A stretch of DNA of 63,912 nt, the filler included, from Rhabdomonas costata (taxonomy: Eukaryota), in assembly GCA_019059605.1 (NCBI GenBank). It is 13 parts of 13 records of this genome, joined end to end, with 100 filler letters (N's around TTAATTAATTAA, not from the genome) between each part and the next. Parts side by side here need not be neighbours in the genome. Positions count along the whole stretch, not along the records: positions 1 to 4,813 come from JAHMHO010000142.1; positions 4,914 to 9,724 come from JAHMHO010000143.1; positions 9,825 to 14,790 come from JAHMHO010000144.1; 10 more parts are not named here. One strand, written 5' to 3'. Every line of letters starts with the position of its first letter. Positions within the stretch are counted from its first letter, which is position 1. The position numbers and the translations under genes were made by a program. Positions 1 through 12,109 of this stretch are shown here, piece by piece. The notes beneath the pieces were generated by a model. The model had not been told where the DNA came from. It did no database searches and saw nothing but the letters and a program-made list of their open reading frames with translations.

Positions 1-314
1 TTTGTGTTGTCACATGCCCAGAAGCGGGGCAGAGCAGGCACGCACATATGAACGCGAAACTGACAGCACACGTTGGCACAGAAAGATTTGCTTCCTTTCG
101 TGGAGTTGACCACGGGAATGTTTTTATCTGATGGTCCAGCGTGTTCTACCGTCGCAGCTGAGGGCATGCGTGGCCCTGCGCGCATTTCACCCCGTGCACA
201 AGGCGCGATAGCCCTTAAGGCCTAGAACATTGTTCTGAAGCCCGCCCAGAGGTAGGGCAGGGCAGGGCAGGGCAGGCACACGCACAACACACACATGCGC
301 ACATCCGAACATAC

Positions 315-1833
315 TTTTCGGGGTTCTTCAGGATCTCGTAGTAGAACACGCTGAAGTTCAGGGCCAGGCCAAGGCGGATGGGGTGGGTGGGGGCCAGCGT
401 GGTGGTGGCAATCTCCGAGGCGCTGGTGTAGGCCTCCAGGGCCTTGGTCTTCTGGGCCTCACCAGGGTCAATCTCGGCGTAGTACCTGGACGAGAGTGTG
501 GTCGGACCCTTGATGTTCGCTCCTTTCATCCCTCGTTCACAAGAATTCGTTCGTTCCAAAAGTAAACTGCAAGCACACCGCAGAAAACCAGCGATCATAG
601 GAGAGGGCTCCAAGCGAAAATAATCAGGCAAGCCAAAAAAAGAAACACCCGGAAGGTGTGGGAGGTGCGAGGATTGGAAGAGAGGGGGGAGGGCTCTCGG
701 CGAATACCTGTGGTAGTCTCCCTTCATCTTGAGGAAGAACACCTTGGACTCCCCAGTCTGGGTGTTGGGGTTCAGGGAGGTGTCCAGGAGCTGCAGGATG
801 TCCTCGCAGATCCCGCTGAGCTCCTTCTGCACGGTCTTCTTGTACTCCCGGATCACCTTAATGTGGTTCTCGTTGCCCTGAGGGAAACATAGAAATGTAT
901 GAAGGGAGAGGTGGGGGCGCGGGGGACAAAAAGGGCAACGGCCAGTGTAAAAAGTAAAAGACAAAGGCAGGAGCAGTTGAACGGAGGGCATAAGTGTGTG
1001 AAATGTGCAAAAAAGATGAGAATAAGTACTCAGCAGCGGCAGCACGGCTCCGTAAAAAAATCTACTCAGAGGCATCATCGTCACGAGAGTGCCAATATTG
1101 AAGCTCATGGTGAGTGCCAGGAAGAGACAAATAAAAACAAAAACAGACAAAGACGCGTGGACGAGCCCAATAAAAAGGCGGGGAGGGAAGGGGGCGTGCC
1201 TTCTGGTCCTCCTTCTGCTCAATGGAGGTGATGATCCTCCAAGAGGCGCGGCGAGAGCCAATCACGTTCTTGTACGCCACGCTGAGCAGGTTCCTCTCCT
1301 CCACAGTGAGCTCGGGATTGGACTTCACCACCTTCTTCATGCACGTCACCATCTCTGTGCAAGGGACAGAAAGACAGAGCTCAATCCTCCCACACACGTC
1401 CGCGCAGCACTCACACAGGTCCGCACATTCCCCGCGCAGTACTCTGGAATTCAGAAATTCTTTACCAAAGGTCAGGAAGAGTTGATAAGGTAAGGAAGAG
1501 TGCAATGTTATCAATAGTTCACGAATGATGATGCGCGCACTAAAAATTAAATGACAAAAAAAGGTTCACCTAATCCTTTTCTGTGTGACCAACATCGACC
1601 GTGGGGAATGCAGAACGTGTTCCTAACCCCTCCGATCTCCCGGGGCAACAAAATGTCATTCCACCTCAGAAACAGCGGCTTTGCAACGGGAACGAGCAAA
1701 AAGCGATTCGCACAAAAAGGAATGCAAGGGGAGGGGGTGGGGGAATGGCTGGTGCACCATCATAGCGCTCGGCCTGCTCGGCGAGCTTCGCCATGAAGAC
1801 GAGGTCATCGTGCTGCTCAGGAATGGAGGCCAT
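315..1833 (-). CDS. 14-3-3: 14-3-3 protein, 3'-partial, 4 exons (1758-1833, 1200-1354, 708-877, 315-485)
   Basis: Spliced translation [33 protein letters not shown]...[27 protein letters not shown]...[15 protein letters not shown]...[25 protein letters not shown] carries the 14-3-3 signature motifs. Intron phases are consistent, intron 2 is GC-AG, and no further exon was found in 1-314. Confidence 0.97.
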
Positions 1834-1891
1834 CTCTCTATTGACAGTGACACCCTCTACCTTTGTCTCTTTCGAAGAAAAGAGCAGGTGG

Positions 1892-1986
1892 TTGAAATAT
1901 CCTTCTCGCCTTCCAAATACAGAGAAACAAAGTCTATTGAAGGCTGAAAACGAGACAAAACAACGATAAAAAACTACTGCATTCCT
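1892..1986. repeat. ~95-bp dispersed direct repeat, copy 1 (copy 2 at 4634-4731)
   Basis: TTGAAATATCCTTC..GCCTTCCAAATA.AG.GAAACAAA.TCTATTGAAGGCT.AA.ACGAGAC.AAACAA...CTGCATTCCT occurs at both positions. Confidence 0.9.
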
Positions 1987-3276
1987 AGGGTTAAGGCAGC
2001 AGTTTGATTTAGGTTTGCGTTGTGAATGCCCGAAGAGTTCGTAAAGCCTGGCGAAAAAGGATTCGGGTTCGGGATCCCTGATAGCACAACCGCATGCCGT
2101 TGACGCAAGATATAACACTATGCCCGAAAGTATGTTGCTTTCTCCGAAATGGTGTCCGACTTCGGGGCCGGTTGCGCAACCGCATGAGATCTCCGGAGAG
2201 CCCACTCTGCATACCGACGGAATTAACCCGGGATCAGGCATTGATACAGACCCGACAAGAGAACAAAAAAAAAAACTTCGACAAAAAGCAAGTCTTGTGC
2301 TTTCTGGTCAGTGTCATATTTTTCGAAGGAACAAGTCTTACGCGCTCGGACAAAGCCACGTCGAGCGTGGGGGCTCTGATAAAATAAAGTTGGGCACCGT
2401 TGTTTTTTGGACCACTTTTTTTTTGCTCTGTAAGTCACCAAAGTTTATTTGTGCCCCTCACCCCCGAAGCGGATTCCCAAGAATGTGGCACTGCTTGTGC
2501 CAGACGCCGAGACACATTGGAGCCTTGCTTCCCTTTGCAGGCTGTAGGAATTCTCTATTTTCTTCTTCACTCCTAGTGGGAAAAAAGGAAACAGCAAAGA
2601 AACCAGCATCCGCGGCAAAAGTCCTCAATGAACCAAAAACGAGTCATAAAAAATGACGATCATTGCAGCATCACAGTGGCCATACTGTAATCATGGTTAG
2701 GGCTGAAGAGGACGCCTTGGGGGCTGGGGGGAACGTAGAGAAGCACGAGCCCCTGCCTTGTGACAAAGTTCAATAACTAAAATCGCACAGATTTTTACTT
2801 CTCAGATATTTTTGAAACCCTACCCAGCTACCCAGCAGACAAGCGAAGTCACACTCCACACGGCCGCCAACCACCGCTTATACGACTCGGAACGCCCAGA
2901 ATTCGGTACAGTGCAGTTGCCATTTCAAAATTTACGGTGAAACCGCTTCTCTTAAGAATACCCGTGGCTACTTTCTGTTTCTGGGTGGAACTTTTGAGAG
3001 GCGCCGGGGTGTGCGGTTTCCGATGGGAAGAAGCGAAACGTTGAAAGTTCGAAAGTAAAGTGAGCCCGCGAGAGAGTAGTCTCCCTTGCTTTGAACTGAA
3101 ATCTTGGTGAGTTGCAACAGTCTCTTGACATTGACATTATCAAGAGGCCTTTCGCCTTGCACCTTTCTCCCACAGTCTTGTCATCCTTTTCAATTTGGGG
3201 GGAAACGGGGAAAAATGACACGGCAGCTAAAGGTGGAAAAAAAAAAGGTGGGGAGGAATGCCCGCAAACGGCCCTG

Positions 3277-3329
3277 CGAGACAAAATCACTCAAGGTGGT
3301 GTCAAAAATCGAGACAAAATCACTCAAGG
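3277..3329. repeat. 20-bp direct repeat pair
   Basis: CGAGACAAAATCACTCAAGG at 3277-3296 and 3310-3329. Confidence 0.9.
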
Positions 3330-4633
3330 GCTCTGGAGGAATCTCTCACATGAATCTGATTACACCTGCGTTCGCAGTCATTCCAGTTGCTCTCTCCAAG
3401 TTCTGGCAAACAATGTTTGCAATGCAATGGTGGTACAACAGTTCAAATCAAAGCACACAAGGGAAAATGAACGAGGGCAAAACGTCCCAACGCACGGAAA
3501 GGTCTGGATGAGGTTGGTAGTCATGGTCCGACAAATATAGCATGCACTGAGCATGACGAAATTCCCGGTAAGATTATGCTGCTCCGTCGCGCGTTCTGAC
3601 AAAAGATCCCATAGGATAGGGATAGGAGTAGGGTTATGGGATACAGTAGGGATATTTTAATTTGAAAAAAAGCAGAGATGTTTCGTCTTGAACAATGATA
3701 AAAGACTAGTCCGGATTAGTCCCTCCTGCGTAGATGGACGTTCGTCAAGCTGTCCCATCGGCGCAGGAGTGAAGGGGGGGGGGCTAAAGCGGCAAAATCC
3801 ATTGCGTTCTGATGTACTCTTGGGCCTTACTGAAATCAAGAAGTTGCTAGCCTTAAACCAAGGAGCGCGTAGTGGTATGAGTGGCCACACGAACAATGAA
3901 CATACTAGCTACCGATTCCCAGCGGTAGTGGGGACGCCCAAGGTTTTCCTAGGCTCAGCAATGCCTGTCAGCCACTTCAGAGAGGGTAGGATTAGTTGGG
4001 TTATGCATGGGATAAAAGTAGAAAAATCCATGTTTGCCATTATTCCGGAATTTCATCGTGGTAGGGAGTAGGGTCAGGCATTAACCAACCATCAGCGAGG
4101 TATATGCGGATATCCACTGGCCGTCATCCATACCTGTCTTGTGGTAGTCCAGCTGAGGTCACGATTTCCGCTGAAACCACCAGGTGGAACCCTAATAGTT
4201 GACGCCGCAGTGTTCGACCTGCTAACCTGTACTTGGGTTGAACGTTTGCTGTAGGGCAGGGTACAAATGTAATAAACGAACTGAACGAATCGTGGCAGCG
4301 GTGACCCACGAGTTTCGAGAACGCTCTACAACCGCCGGATGGCCACGGTGTCTTGGTCCACAAATCGGCGGCGGCTGCAGTGTGCTGCAGTGTCTGCTGC
4401 AACTTTCCCTGTTTGGGACGAAATTAAAATTTAATTATTTTCCTGCGCAAGAAATTATATTCGTATATCCATGCCCCTGCACTTCAAAGGAACGCATTTA
4501 TTTAAAAAATTATCCTTCACTGACTGCAACATTTTTGTGACGCTGGCAAGGCAGAAGTATATGTCCGGTAACATTCAGGGATTTAAAATCTGGATCGGAC
4601 TACTTTTGTACGCTGGAAATGCGGTAGCATAAC

Positions 4634-4731
4634 TTGAAATATCCTTCCTGCCTTCCAAATATAGCGAAACAAACTCTATTGAAGGCTAAAGACGAGACGA
4701 AACAAGGAAAAACAAATACTCCTGCATTCCT
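4634..4731. repeat. ~95-bp dispersed direct repeat, copy 2
   Basis: Diverged copy of 1892-1986 in the same orientation. Confidence 0.9.
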
Positions 4732-4813
4732 GCATTACTACTGCAACACCCCAAGGCCAGCTTCGGCTTTGCTCTCTTCCAAATAAACTGGTTCGACCTT
4801 TCGCAACAAAACC

Positions 4814-4913
4814 NNNNNNNNNNNNNNNNNNNNNNNNNNNNNNNNNNNNNNNNNNNNTTAATTAATTAANNNNNNNNNNNNNNNNNNNNNNNNNNNNNNN
4901 NNNNNNNNNNNNN
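4814..4913. other. Artificial contig-joining spacer. Same spacer at 9725-9824, 14791-14890, 19709-19808, 24629-24728, 29507-29606, 34386-34485, 39288-39387, 44202-44301, 49289-49388, 54164-54263, 59042-59141
   Basis: Identical 100-nt N-TTAATTAATTAA-N block (stops in all six frames) recurring about every 4.9 kb. Confidence 0.99.
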
Positions 4914-6982
4914 GTGGGTGGGGGGCGAGAGCGGTGCTTTGGGACACTTCATGGTGCTGCTGCAGTTTGTGGAGTTGGCAGGTTAGTTTTCGTCTTGTAA
5001 AAAGAAAAGCAATTATAGATTCGAACGCCTCTCAGCTTCGACCCATCAGGCCCTGAGGGGCGAGGTGGTGGTACCTCGCGGATTTGATCTTGTTTTTTTT
5101 TGGGGGGGGGGGTGTATGTTGCACTCTGTCTTTGTCTTTTTTGGCTTCGATTGTACCTGTCTTTCGAATGACATTTGGGCGTGATGCTGTCTCTCGTTCC
5201 GTGGCCTTCCTGGAGGACAAGACTCCATCTCCGTCCAGAGAGTTTTTACCAGCTGCAAATCTTGCGGGCCGAGGCTGCAATCACCTACGACAACCAATGT
5301 CGGCACCCCACCCTCTGTCCCGTTATGGGTTTGCTGCTGCGAGAGAATGGGAGATGTCCTGTTGCCCCGCTGTGCGCATTGCACGCACACTTTGTTTGGC
5401 ATTGTAACCCATGGGTTTTGGTCACCTTTGCCGCTCGCTCGTCATCTGTCTCCCTGGCCCTTATCTTGCCCACGCGCGTGCCGACTTTCAGCGCGCGCGT
5501 TTTTTGTGTTGTGCAAATCGGACCGTGAATGGGCGAGAAAGTGGAAAGCAGCACGCTCTGTGGCTGTGACGGCGCCACGGTATGCCACTGAGCAGAACGC
5601 CTTCGCTCTCGAGACGATGTATTGGTAGCCTGTCTCTTGCCCTCTCCCCGTGGAGGACTCTATGGTAGCCGTATTCGTGCCCATATTATTGACCCCATTT
5701 TTCGTGACAGCCCTTCGGCGTGCGACGTGAGTGTTCTGTCTGTGTCTGCCCTTCCTGGACCCTGTTATCGTTCGTGTTGGGAACGTTTGTGTATACATGT
5801 CCGGAGGTCACCACAGTGCCACTTCCGTTCATACACTCCCACCTCCATCTTTGTCCCCGCCCATCCTGCTCTGTTTTTGGCTGCGTGGTAAATAGAGTGT
5901 TCAGCGGTAGTTATTGGCTTTGTTCCTTTCCTTTCTTCCGCCTTCTTTCCGATCAGTCCGCAACATTGTAAGTGAGAGGCGCGAGCTTTGCAAGGAAATG
6001 GACATCCCTTGCTTCCGAAGTCTTGGCCTAAGAAATACTTGACTGCTTTGCTCTGGCGTCTTCGTGCAGCTTGATGGCGTTGGGGTTTGAACAGTTTATT
6101 TTCCATTTGAACTGTGTATGCACTCAGGCGTCTTCTACCGAGCCGGAAGGTGCGTCTCGTGCAGGTGCAGCGGACTGCGCCCAAGGGCCAGCAGAAAGCC
6201 TTTCGAAACCTCAGGACTTCGGACGAGGGTGAAGCTAAAGTCGGAATTTCAGTTTCCACAGAAGGCCTCCCAAAACTTTGCAAGGCCGATCCTCCTTTCA
6301 TCCGTTCGTGTTTTCCACCACTGGAACGTGAAACGATTATGATTATTTGGCACAGGTTCGGCAGGTTATCTTCATTCGGATATAGCATATTGCCCGCTTC
6401 ACTTCACTATGAGGACTCAAAAATAATTCCTTTTCGGGCTTGAAACAACACAAAATAACGCACTTGGCTATTGGTCTCTATGCCAGTGACTTTTTTCCTT
6501 TGTCATGGCTTGCCTTTTATTTTGGTGTCAGAAATCTCTCTTTTAACCTGAAGCACACCATATGTGTTAGGGACTTTGCGGGAACCTACGGGGTAGAGTC
6601 CGTTTTTTCTTCAAAAGGCCATGTTTACAAGTGAATTTTCGGGCTATTATCTTCATAACACATTATAAAGATCAAGAATAAACCTCCTATGAAATAATTG
6701 ATACACTGTCGAACCTGCGCCGAATAGTTTTCCAAAAGAAGTTGAATGCCTTTCGACTTCCGACGGAGCTCCCGGTTGGGTGAAAAGACATGCACCACCA
6801 GCCGCACCCGCCGTCTCCCCGCGTATGCATCAAGAAACGGTTCTGATTTCTCAACCTCCTTCACTAACCGTTTGGAGAACTCACCGCTGCGATGGGGGTC
6901 AAATAGTGTGTACTGGCGCTTGCTTCAGTGCAGACTCTCTCGTGCCCTTTTTAATTTTAATTCTTTTCTTTTGAACGATGCA

Positions 6983-9724
6983 ATGGACTCCTTGACGGCC
7001 TGCTTTTTTGCTGTCCTAATATGCTTACCATGTCGTGGCAATGCGCAACTTTCATTCGTGCAATTGCGGGAGTCCAGTTACTTTCTCCCCTTCAACGAGG
7101 GCCTCTTCAGGGGAATTCAGACCGCCTTCGCTGAAGCCAATGCTGAGGGTGGGGTGCATGGATACTCCCTGCAGCTCAAGCGGGCGAACACGTCCGAGAT
7201 TTTCTCGATGAACGTCTCCTCTCCCTCTTCCTTCTTGGGTCTGCTGGGAGATGTCGTTTCGGCGTCCTCCTTGCCGGGGCTCCGGCATCTTCCGGCCGAC
7301 TTGCCGGTTCTGGGAAGGATTGTTCCCGATGGGGTGGACGCCGACGCCGATGCGATTGGTCACATAGCGATTCGAGCCGCGCTGCGGGACGAGGTTCTGG
7401 CATTGGTCGACTTTGCGGCTCAATGGCTGAAGCTCCACAGTTTTGGGGTTCTGTATGAGAACTCGAGTTTGGGCCTGTTGGGTATGGCTGCGGCTGTGGA
7501 TGCTCTGGAGGAGATTCACTTGGGTGTAGTCCTCACTGTACTGTACGACGCGAAGAGCATGAGCGCTGCCCTTGGGGCATTGCAGCATCCCTCCGCTTGT
7601 ACCATTCAGGTTATTTTGCTTTCTCCGTCGTCCTCGCTTTCAATCACGGACAGCGGTGATTGAAAGTTTATAGTACAAATCCTTTGAATCAAGAAATCGC
7701 ACTTGCTTTTTCCCCTCTGCTTATTGCTCTCTTTTTTGTCGCAGGCATTACTTGTGCTCGGCAGACCTGGAGTGTTGCTGGAGATGGCCAACTTGGCAAG
7801 GAGTGGGCCTTGCTCTCCCAATGCCACTCTGACCTGGTCTCTGGCAGCACTTGAGGGAAGCGAGCTGTTTTCTCCACAGAATGACTTGTACATCTCTCAG
7901 GTGGTTCCCAGCACCCAGGTTCTGACATCGGACCTTTTCGGCAGCTCGCTGCCTTGGTCACTTTCCCCTGCAGAAGTCGAGGGGTATCTTATCGGCCAGC
8001 TTGCCATTGGCGTACTACGACGCGAGATCGCCACTCAAGTTCTCAACCGAAGCCACTTCTTGGAGGTGCTCCAGTCGAGCGGCTGTTTTCCCGTTGGTGG
8101 AGTAACCTTAGGTCCCTTCACCGCGGACTGCCCCCAGGGCCTGCGGCAGGTGTGGATTAGCCATCTCAATGCCAGCAATGGGGTGGAGTGGCTTAGAGAG
8201 TACAGCTTCAACTTTCCCAATGGCAGCTGCCATGGCAATGCCTCTGCACTGCAGAAGTACCTGCTTTTTGGGCAATCCGTGGCGTTGAGCGGGTCTGCAG
8301 GCTCGGATGGGCAGGAGCTACGAGCAGGACTTCTTTCGGCCTTCGAGGAGCAGAACCGCCTGGGGGGCATCTTTGGGGCGCAACTTCGGCTGGTAACCCT
8401 GGACGATGGGTACAACCCCGCCGTTGCGGTGAGCAATGTGCAGCAGCTGCTTCAGCGAGGAGTGTATGGCATTGCTGGGATGTATGGGACGGCGACGTCG
8501 CTGGCTGCAGTGCCGTTGCTGAGCGCTGTTGGGGTTCCCTTGCTTGGGCCTTTGAGTGGAAGCATGGATCTTCGGCAACCCTTCAACCCCTATGTGGTGA
8601 GCGTCCGGGCGTCGTACAACGATGAGGCAGCAGCGATGGTGGATTTTCTGACGAGCGTGAAGTTCATTACTCGGTTTTCGGTGTTCTTTCAGAACGATAG
8701 CTATGGGCTGAGTGGGGTTGCTGGGCTTGAGCGCGCCCTGGCATCGATTGGGCTGAGCCTCCTAAGCCGAGGGATGTACTCCCGGAACACGGTGGAGGTC
8801 ACCCAAGCGGTGCGGGATATTGTCGGTCAGGCCCTTCCTCAGGTTCCGCAAGTGATTGTGATGTTCAGCTTGCCCGATGCGATGCTGAGCTTTGTCCGTC
8901 TGGCAGTGCAAATGCTTCCCTCGGAGACGGTATCGGGTGAAATGCTCACATATTTGCGTGTTTTTCTTTTTTGCACGCTCTCTTTGGTTGGCGCTGTTCT
9001 TAGGTAGGCTTCACCGCAAATTGTGCTCCCAGCTTTCATTAGATTTTCTGGAGCCAAGTTTGTTTTGAATTGGGATTTTATGGCGGCACGCAGGTATTCA
9101 TGCTGGCTTCTCCGGCGGATGGTGAGAAGTCAGCCCTCCTTCTGGTGAAAAGCGCACGCCGTGGCGATTTTTTTCACAGCGTTTTGTTTCGCTGTTCTTG
9201 AGGATTCGGCTGCACATGGCCGCACCACCTGTTGCTCTTCGGCATCTTCGAAGTGCAGCGCCTGTGTGTGGTTGCGCAGGTGAGGGGACGGTAGACACGG
9301 CTAAGAGTTTCAGCCGGCTCAACGATGGCCTCGAAGAATCCCATTTGTGTAAGCCATGCACAGCATGTACCCCACCCTTCTGCACATGAACACCTCAACC
9401 CGTCATTGCTTTATTTCTTTATTCCTTAGACATTCCATTCCTGTTTCCAAAATCGCAAATTGTGTTCCCGGCGACGTCCCACCCATTTTTCTCTTGTTCT
9501 CCAGGTGTTTATGCTGGCTTCTCCTGCCATTCGCGGGCGTCAGATTTCGCATCTCGGCAACCTTTCCGCCAACTTGTACGCTCCGCTTATGCCTCCTGTC
9601 CGAGACGGCCGATACGCTCTCGTTAACACTTTTGTGACCGCAATGGACGCGCTTGGGTTCGGTATACTTGCCGACTGGGTCTCTTTGGAGGCCTACACCG
9701 TTGGACGAGTAATCACCAAACCCC
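6983..9724 (+). CDS. Secreted/receptor protein with tandem type-1 periplasmic-binding-protein (Leu/Ile/Val-binding-like) domains, probable receptor adenylate-cyclase-type ectodomain; 3'-partial (exons 6983-7609, 7745-8929, 9505->9724)
   Basis: Signal peptide MDSLTACFFAVLICLPCRGNA. Domain 1: GIQTAFAEANAEGGVHGYSLQL. Domain 2: LFGQSVALSG...GLLSAFEEQNRLGGIFGAQLRLVTLDDGYNP, RASYNDEA, FFQNDSYGLSG, and SLEAYTVGR. Phase-0 GT-AG introns join TIQ/ALLVLG and PSET/VFML. No cyclase domain is present in the contig. Confidence 0.8.
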
Positions 9725-9824
9725 NNNNNNNNNNNNNNNNNNNNNNNNNNNNNNNNNNNNNNNNNNNNTTAATTAATTAANNNNNNNNNNNNNNNNNNNN
9801 NNNNNNNNNNNNNNNNNNNNNNNN

Positions 9825-9948
9825 GCGTGGGACCCCATCTTCGCGCTCTACCGCGACTGCCCCGAGCCCGGCTGGGAGCCCTTTGCCGCGCGGTTCGGGC
9901 GTTACATCGTGAAGATGCCGATGGAGCTCAACGACCTCACGGGGGAGA
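9825..9948 (+). mobile_element. Non-LTR retrotransposon (LINE-type) fragment, region just upstream of the RT domain
   Basis: AWDPIFALYRDCPEPGWEPFAARFGRYIVKMPMELNDLTGE resembles the W.PIF..Y...P.W..F..RF..YI...LTGE stretch recalled from protist LINE ORF2 proteins. It abuts and appears to truncate the LRR gene. Confidence 0.55.
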
Positions 9949-10657
9949 AAGAGGATGTTGTTATGGCTTGCATCGCTGCGTCCTCGATCCAGTTGTCACT
10001 GACATTCAAGGAGGTGAGGTTGGGAAACACAGAGGATCCTGCAAACGCCTACCCTCCCTCACACCCGATGCGATTCCAGCTCACATTCAAGTGGGTGACG
10101 CTGGGAAACAAAGATGAGGCGGCTAGTGCTCGCATTCCTGCGGGGCCAATTTGATTAGAGGTGATATTAAAAGACGCAAATTTGGGGAAGAAAGAGGATG
10201 CTGCCATCATTTGCATCCCTGCATCTTCGATCCAGTTGCCGCCCACGTTCAAAGAAGTGAGGCTGCGGAAGATACAGCACGCTGCGACCGCTTGCATTCC
10301 TCCAGCCAAAAGCTTGTTGTTGCTGACATCCAAGAAAATGAGGTTAGGGAAGAGAGCAGCGGTTGCTGTGACGGCCATTTCAGCCCCAACTGAAAGCAAG
10401 TGGTGCACGAGCTCCTTGCTTTTCACTGAAATGGCCGCAGCAGAACACCCCAGCCACATGCTCCCGCGCAGGCGTTGCTCCGACACGGGGTCCAGAAGGG
10501 GTTTCGGTGGGGGTCGGAGCACAACTCTCCACTTCGGAGCGAGGGAATTGTCCACCAGACTTTGAAACTGACGGCACACCAGCCGAAGCGCGAGCTGCGG
10601 CTTGAGCCTCAAGAATTCGAAGCTGTACACCAAAGTGTCATCAGGAAGTCCAGGCAT
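9946..10657 (-). pseudogene. F-box + leucine-rich-repeat (28-aa, RNI-like) protein with an in-frame TAG
   Basis: MPGLPDDTLVYSFEFLRLKPQLALRLVCRQFQSLV is F-box-like, followed by repeats such as FPNLIFLDVSNNKLLAGGMQAVA and LTSLNVGGNWIEDAGMQMMA. TAG at 10049-10051 is followed in frame by another complete repeat, AFAGSSVFPNLTSLNVSDNWIEDAAMQAI. Confidence 0.75.
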
Positions 10658-12109
10658 TTCAAGTGAGGAGGGCTTCCAATGAGAGAAACAAAGAAAGGAG
10701 GCAAGACAGAAGACAGGGGCAAAATAGGAGTTCAAACCGTGGGGGTTGTTGAATGGTTGCTGGGGGTTATTGAATGATTTACCATTGTTAAACGGATGCC
10801 CACGAATACTCAGACAACCTCCCCGCCTCAGCCGCCCACTCCGGACGCCACGGCACTGGCCTTCGCCGGTCAAATAAATGTCCCATCAACCGAAGTCCGC
10901 TCGAAGTTGGTCCTTCAACACACCAGAACTCTCGCATCTCACGGTTCAACAACTTCGTCCCCCAGTGCATCACACTGGAAACAGGGGCTATTTCCCAGCA
11001 AGTGTGGTGTCCGGTCCACTGCCCGTGCGACAAAAACGCAACGTGATACGTGTAAGATCTGAAGCACCATTACCACATATTGGGCGACACCAGTGCAGGA
11101 CAGAAGTCCCGAATCGAGCATCTTTGAAACCTGGAACTGTGCAACGCCCCTCAAGGCGGTTTAAAAACTTCTAATTGATTCTTGGGCGAAACGCAGGGGA
11201 AATATCAACGGCAATGTCACTAATACTCTTCGAAATATGACATTTAACGTGTCCTGCAAGAAATTGCCCAAGTGACTTTATTTGGAGCTGGCTGGGGTGC
11301 AATACCAAGGCCAACCAATTCAAGTTAACGCTATTCCACAACTTGGGCAGATGAAATAAGAGACTGAAACAGAAGCGAAAGCCGTTGACAGTGGTTCCTC
11401 TTGAGGGGAAGTCTTCAAATTTCGAGACTCGGCTATAGCACCTCGTTTCGGCGTGGTAACGGTCATTTTGAATGCCAGAGGGGAAAGCAAGACGGCGAAA
11501 AACAAAGGCACAGCATCATGATAACAGCGGTGTTGGGTGAAAAAAGTTGCACACGAAACCAAATTCTGAACAACAAAATGCAATCCACCAGAAACGCGAA
11601 ACAGTGCAACGCGAGGCAAGAGGGAGAATGCGTGGGAGTTGGAAGGGCGGATCGCACTTCTCTCCAACCCAACCTATGGTGCTGCACACCACCGCCAAGG
11701 CGCGCCCAGCAAAACCATTCTGAGATGACACAGCACCAACAGGCCCAACTCACGCAACGCAAAATGGGATCGTCATTCTGCACGCTTTAAATCTCCAAAG
11801 TTCCATGACAAAATACCTCCTTTCCAGAGGCGAACACAAAAACGCCCAGGAAGTGGCTGGGCTGCGGGAGCTCCTCTTTCCACCACTCGCACAGTTGAAA
11901 ATACACTGCCACACAGCAACAGATCTGATCGGATGCCTCCAACGCCTCGACTCGTCAGTGCACAACAGGACAACTTTCACCCGCTCGCTAACAAAGTTGA
12001 CCAACACCTTCCATCTCGAATCGTACCGACTCTCCCCCAACCGCGCCGGGAGACCAGGCTCCATCGCCGACCCCCAGCACACACATTTCTCTCATGGGAG
12101 CGCACTCAC

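Noticed and set aside
2653-2706. Box C/D snoRNA (ATGACGA...CTGA)
   Set aside because: No terminal stem or recognisable rRNA guide. Such short boxes arise by chance.
10049-10051. TAG reassigned to Gln (alternative genetic code)
   Set aside because: ABHD14 ends with TAG at the expected C-terminus, and the conserved genes have no internal TAG.
12083-12094. In-frame TGA-GAG-AAA-TGT (UxxC) suggesting a selenoprotein
   Set aside because: A perfect GTGAGT donor at 12109 precedes it, so the TGA is most simply intronic. No SECIS was identified.
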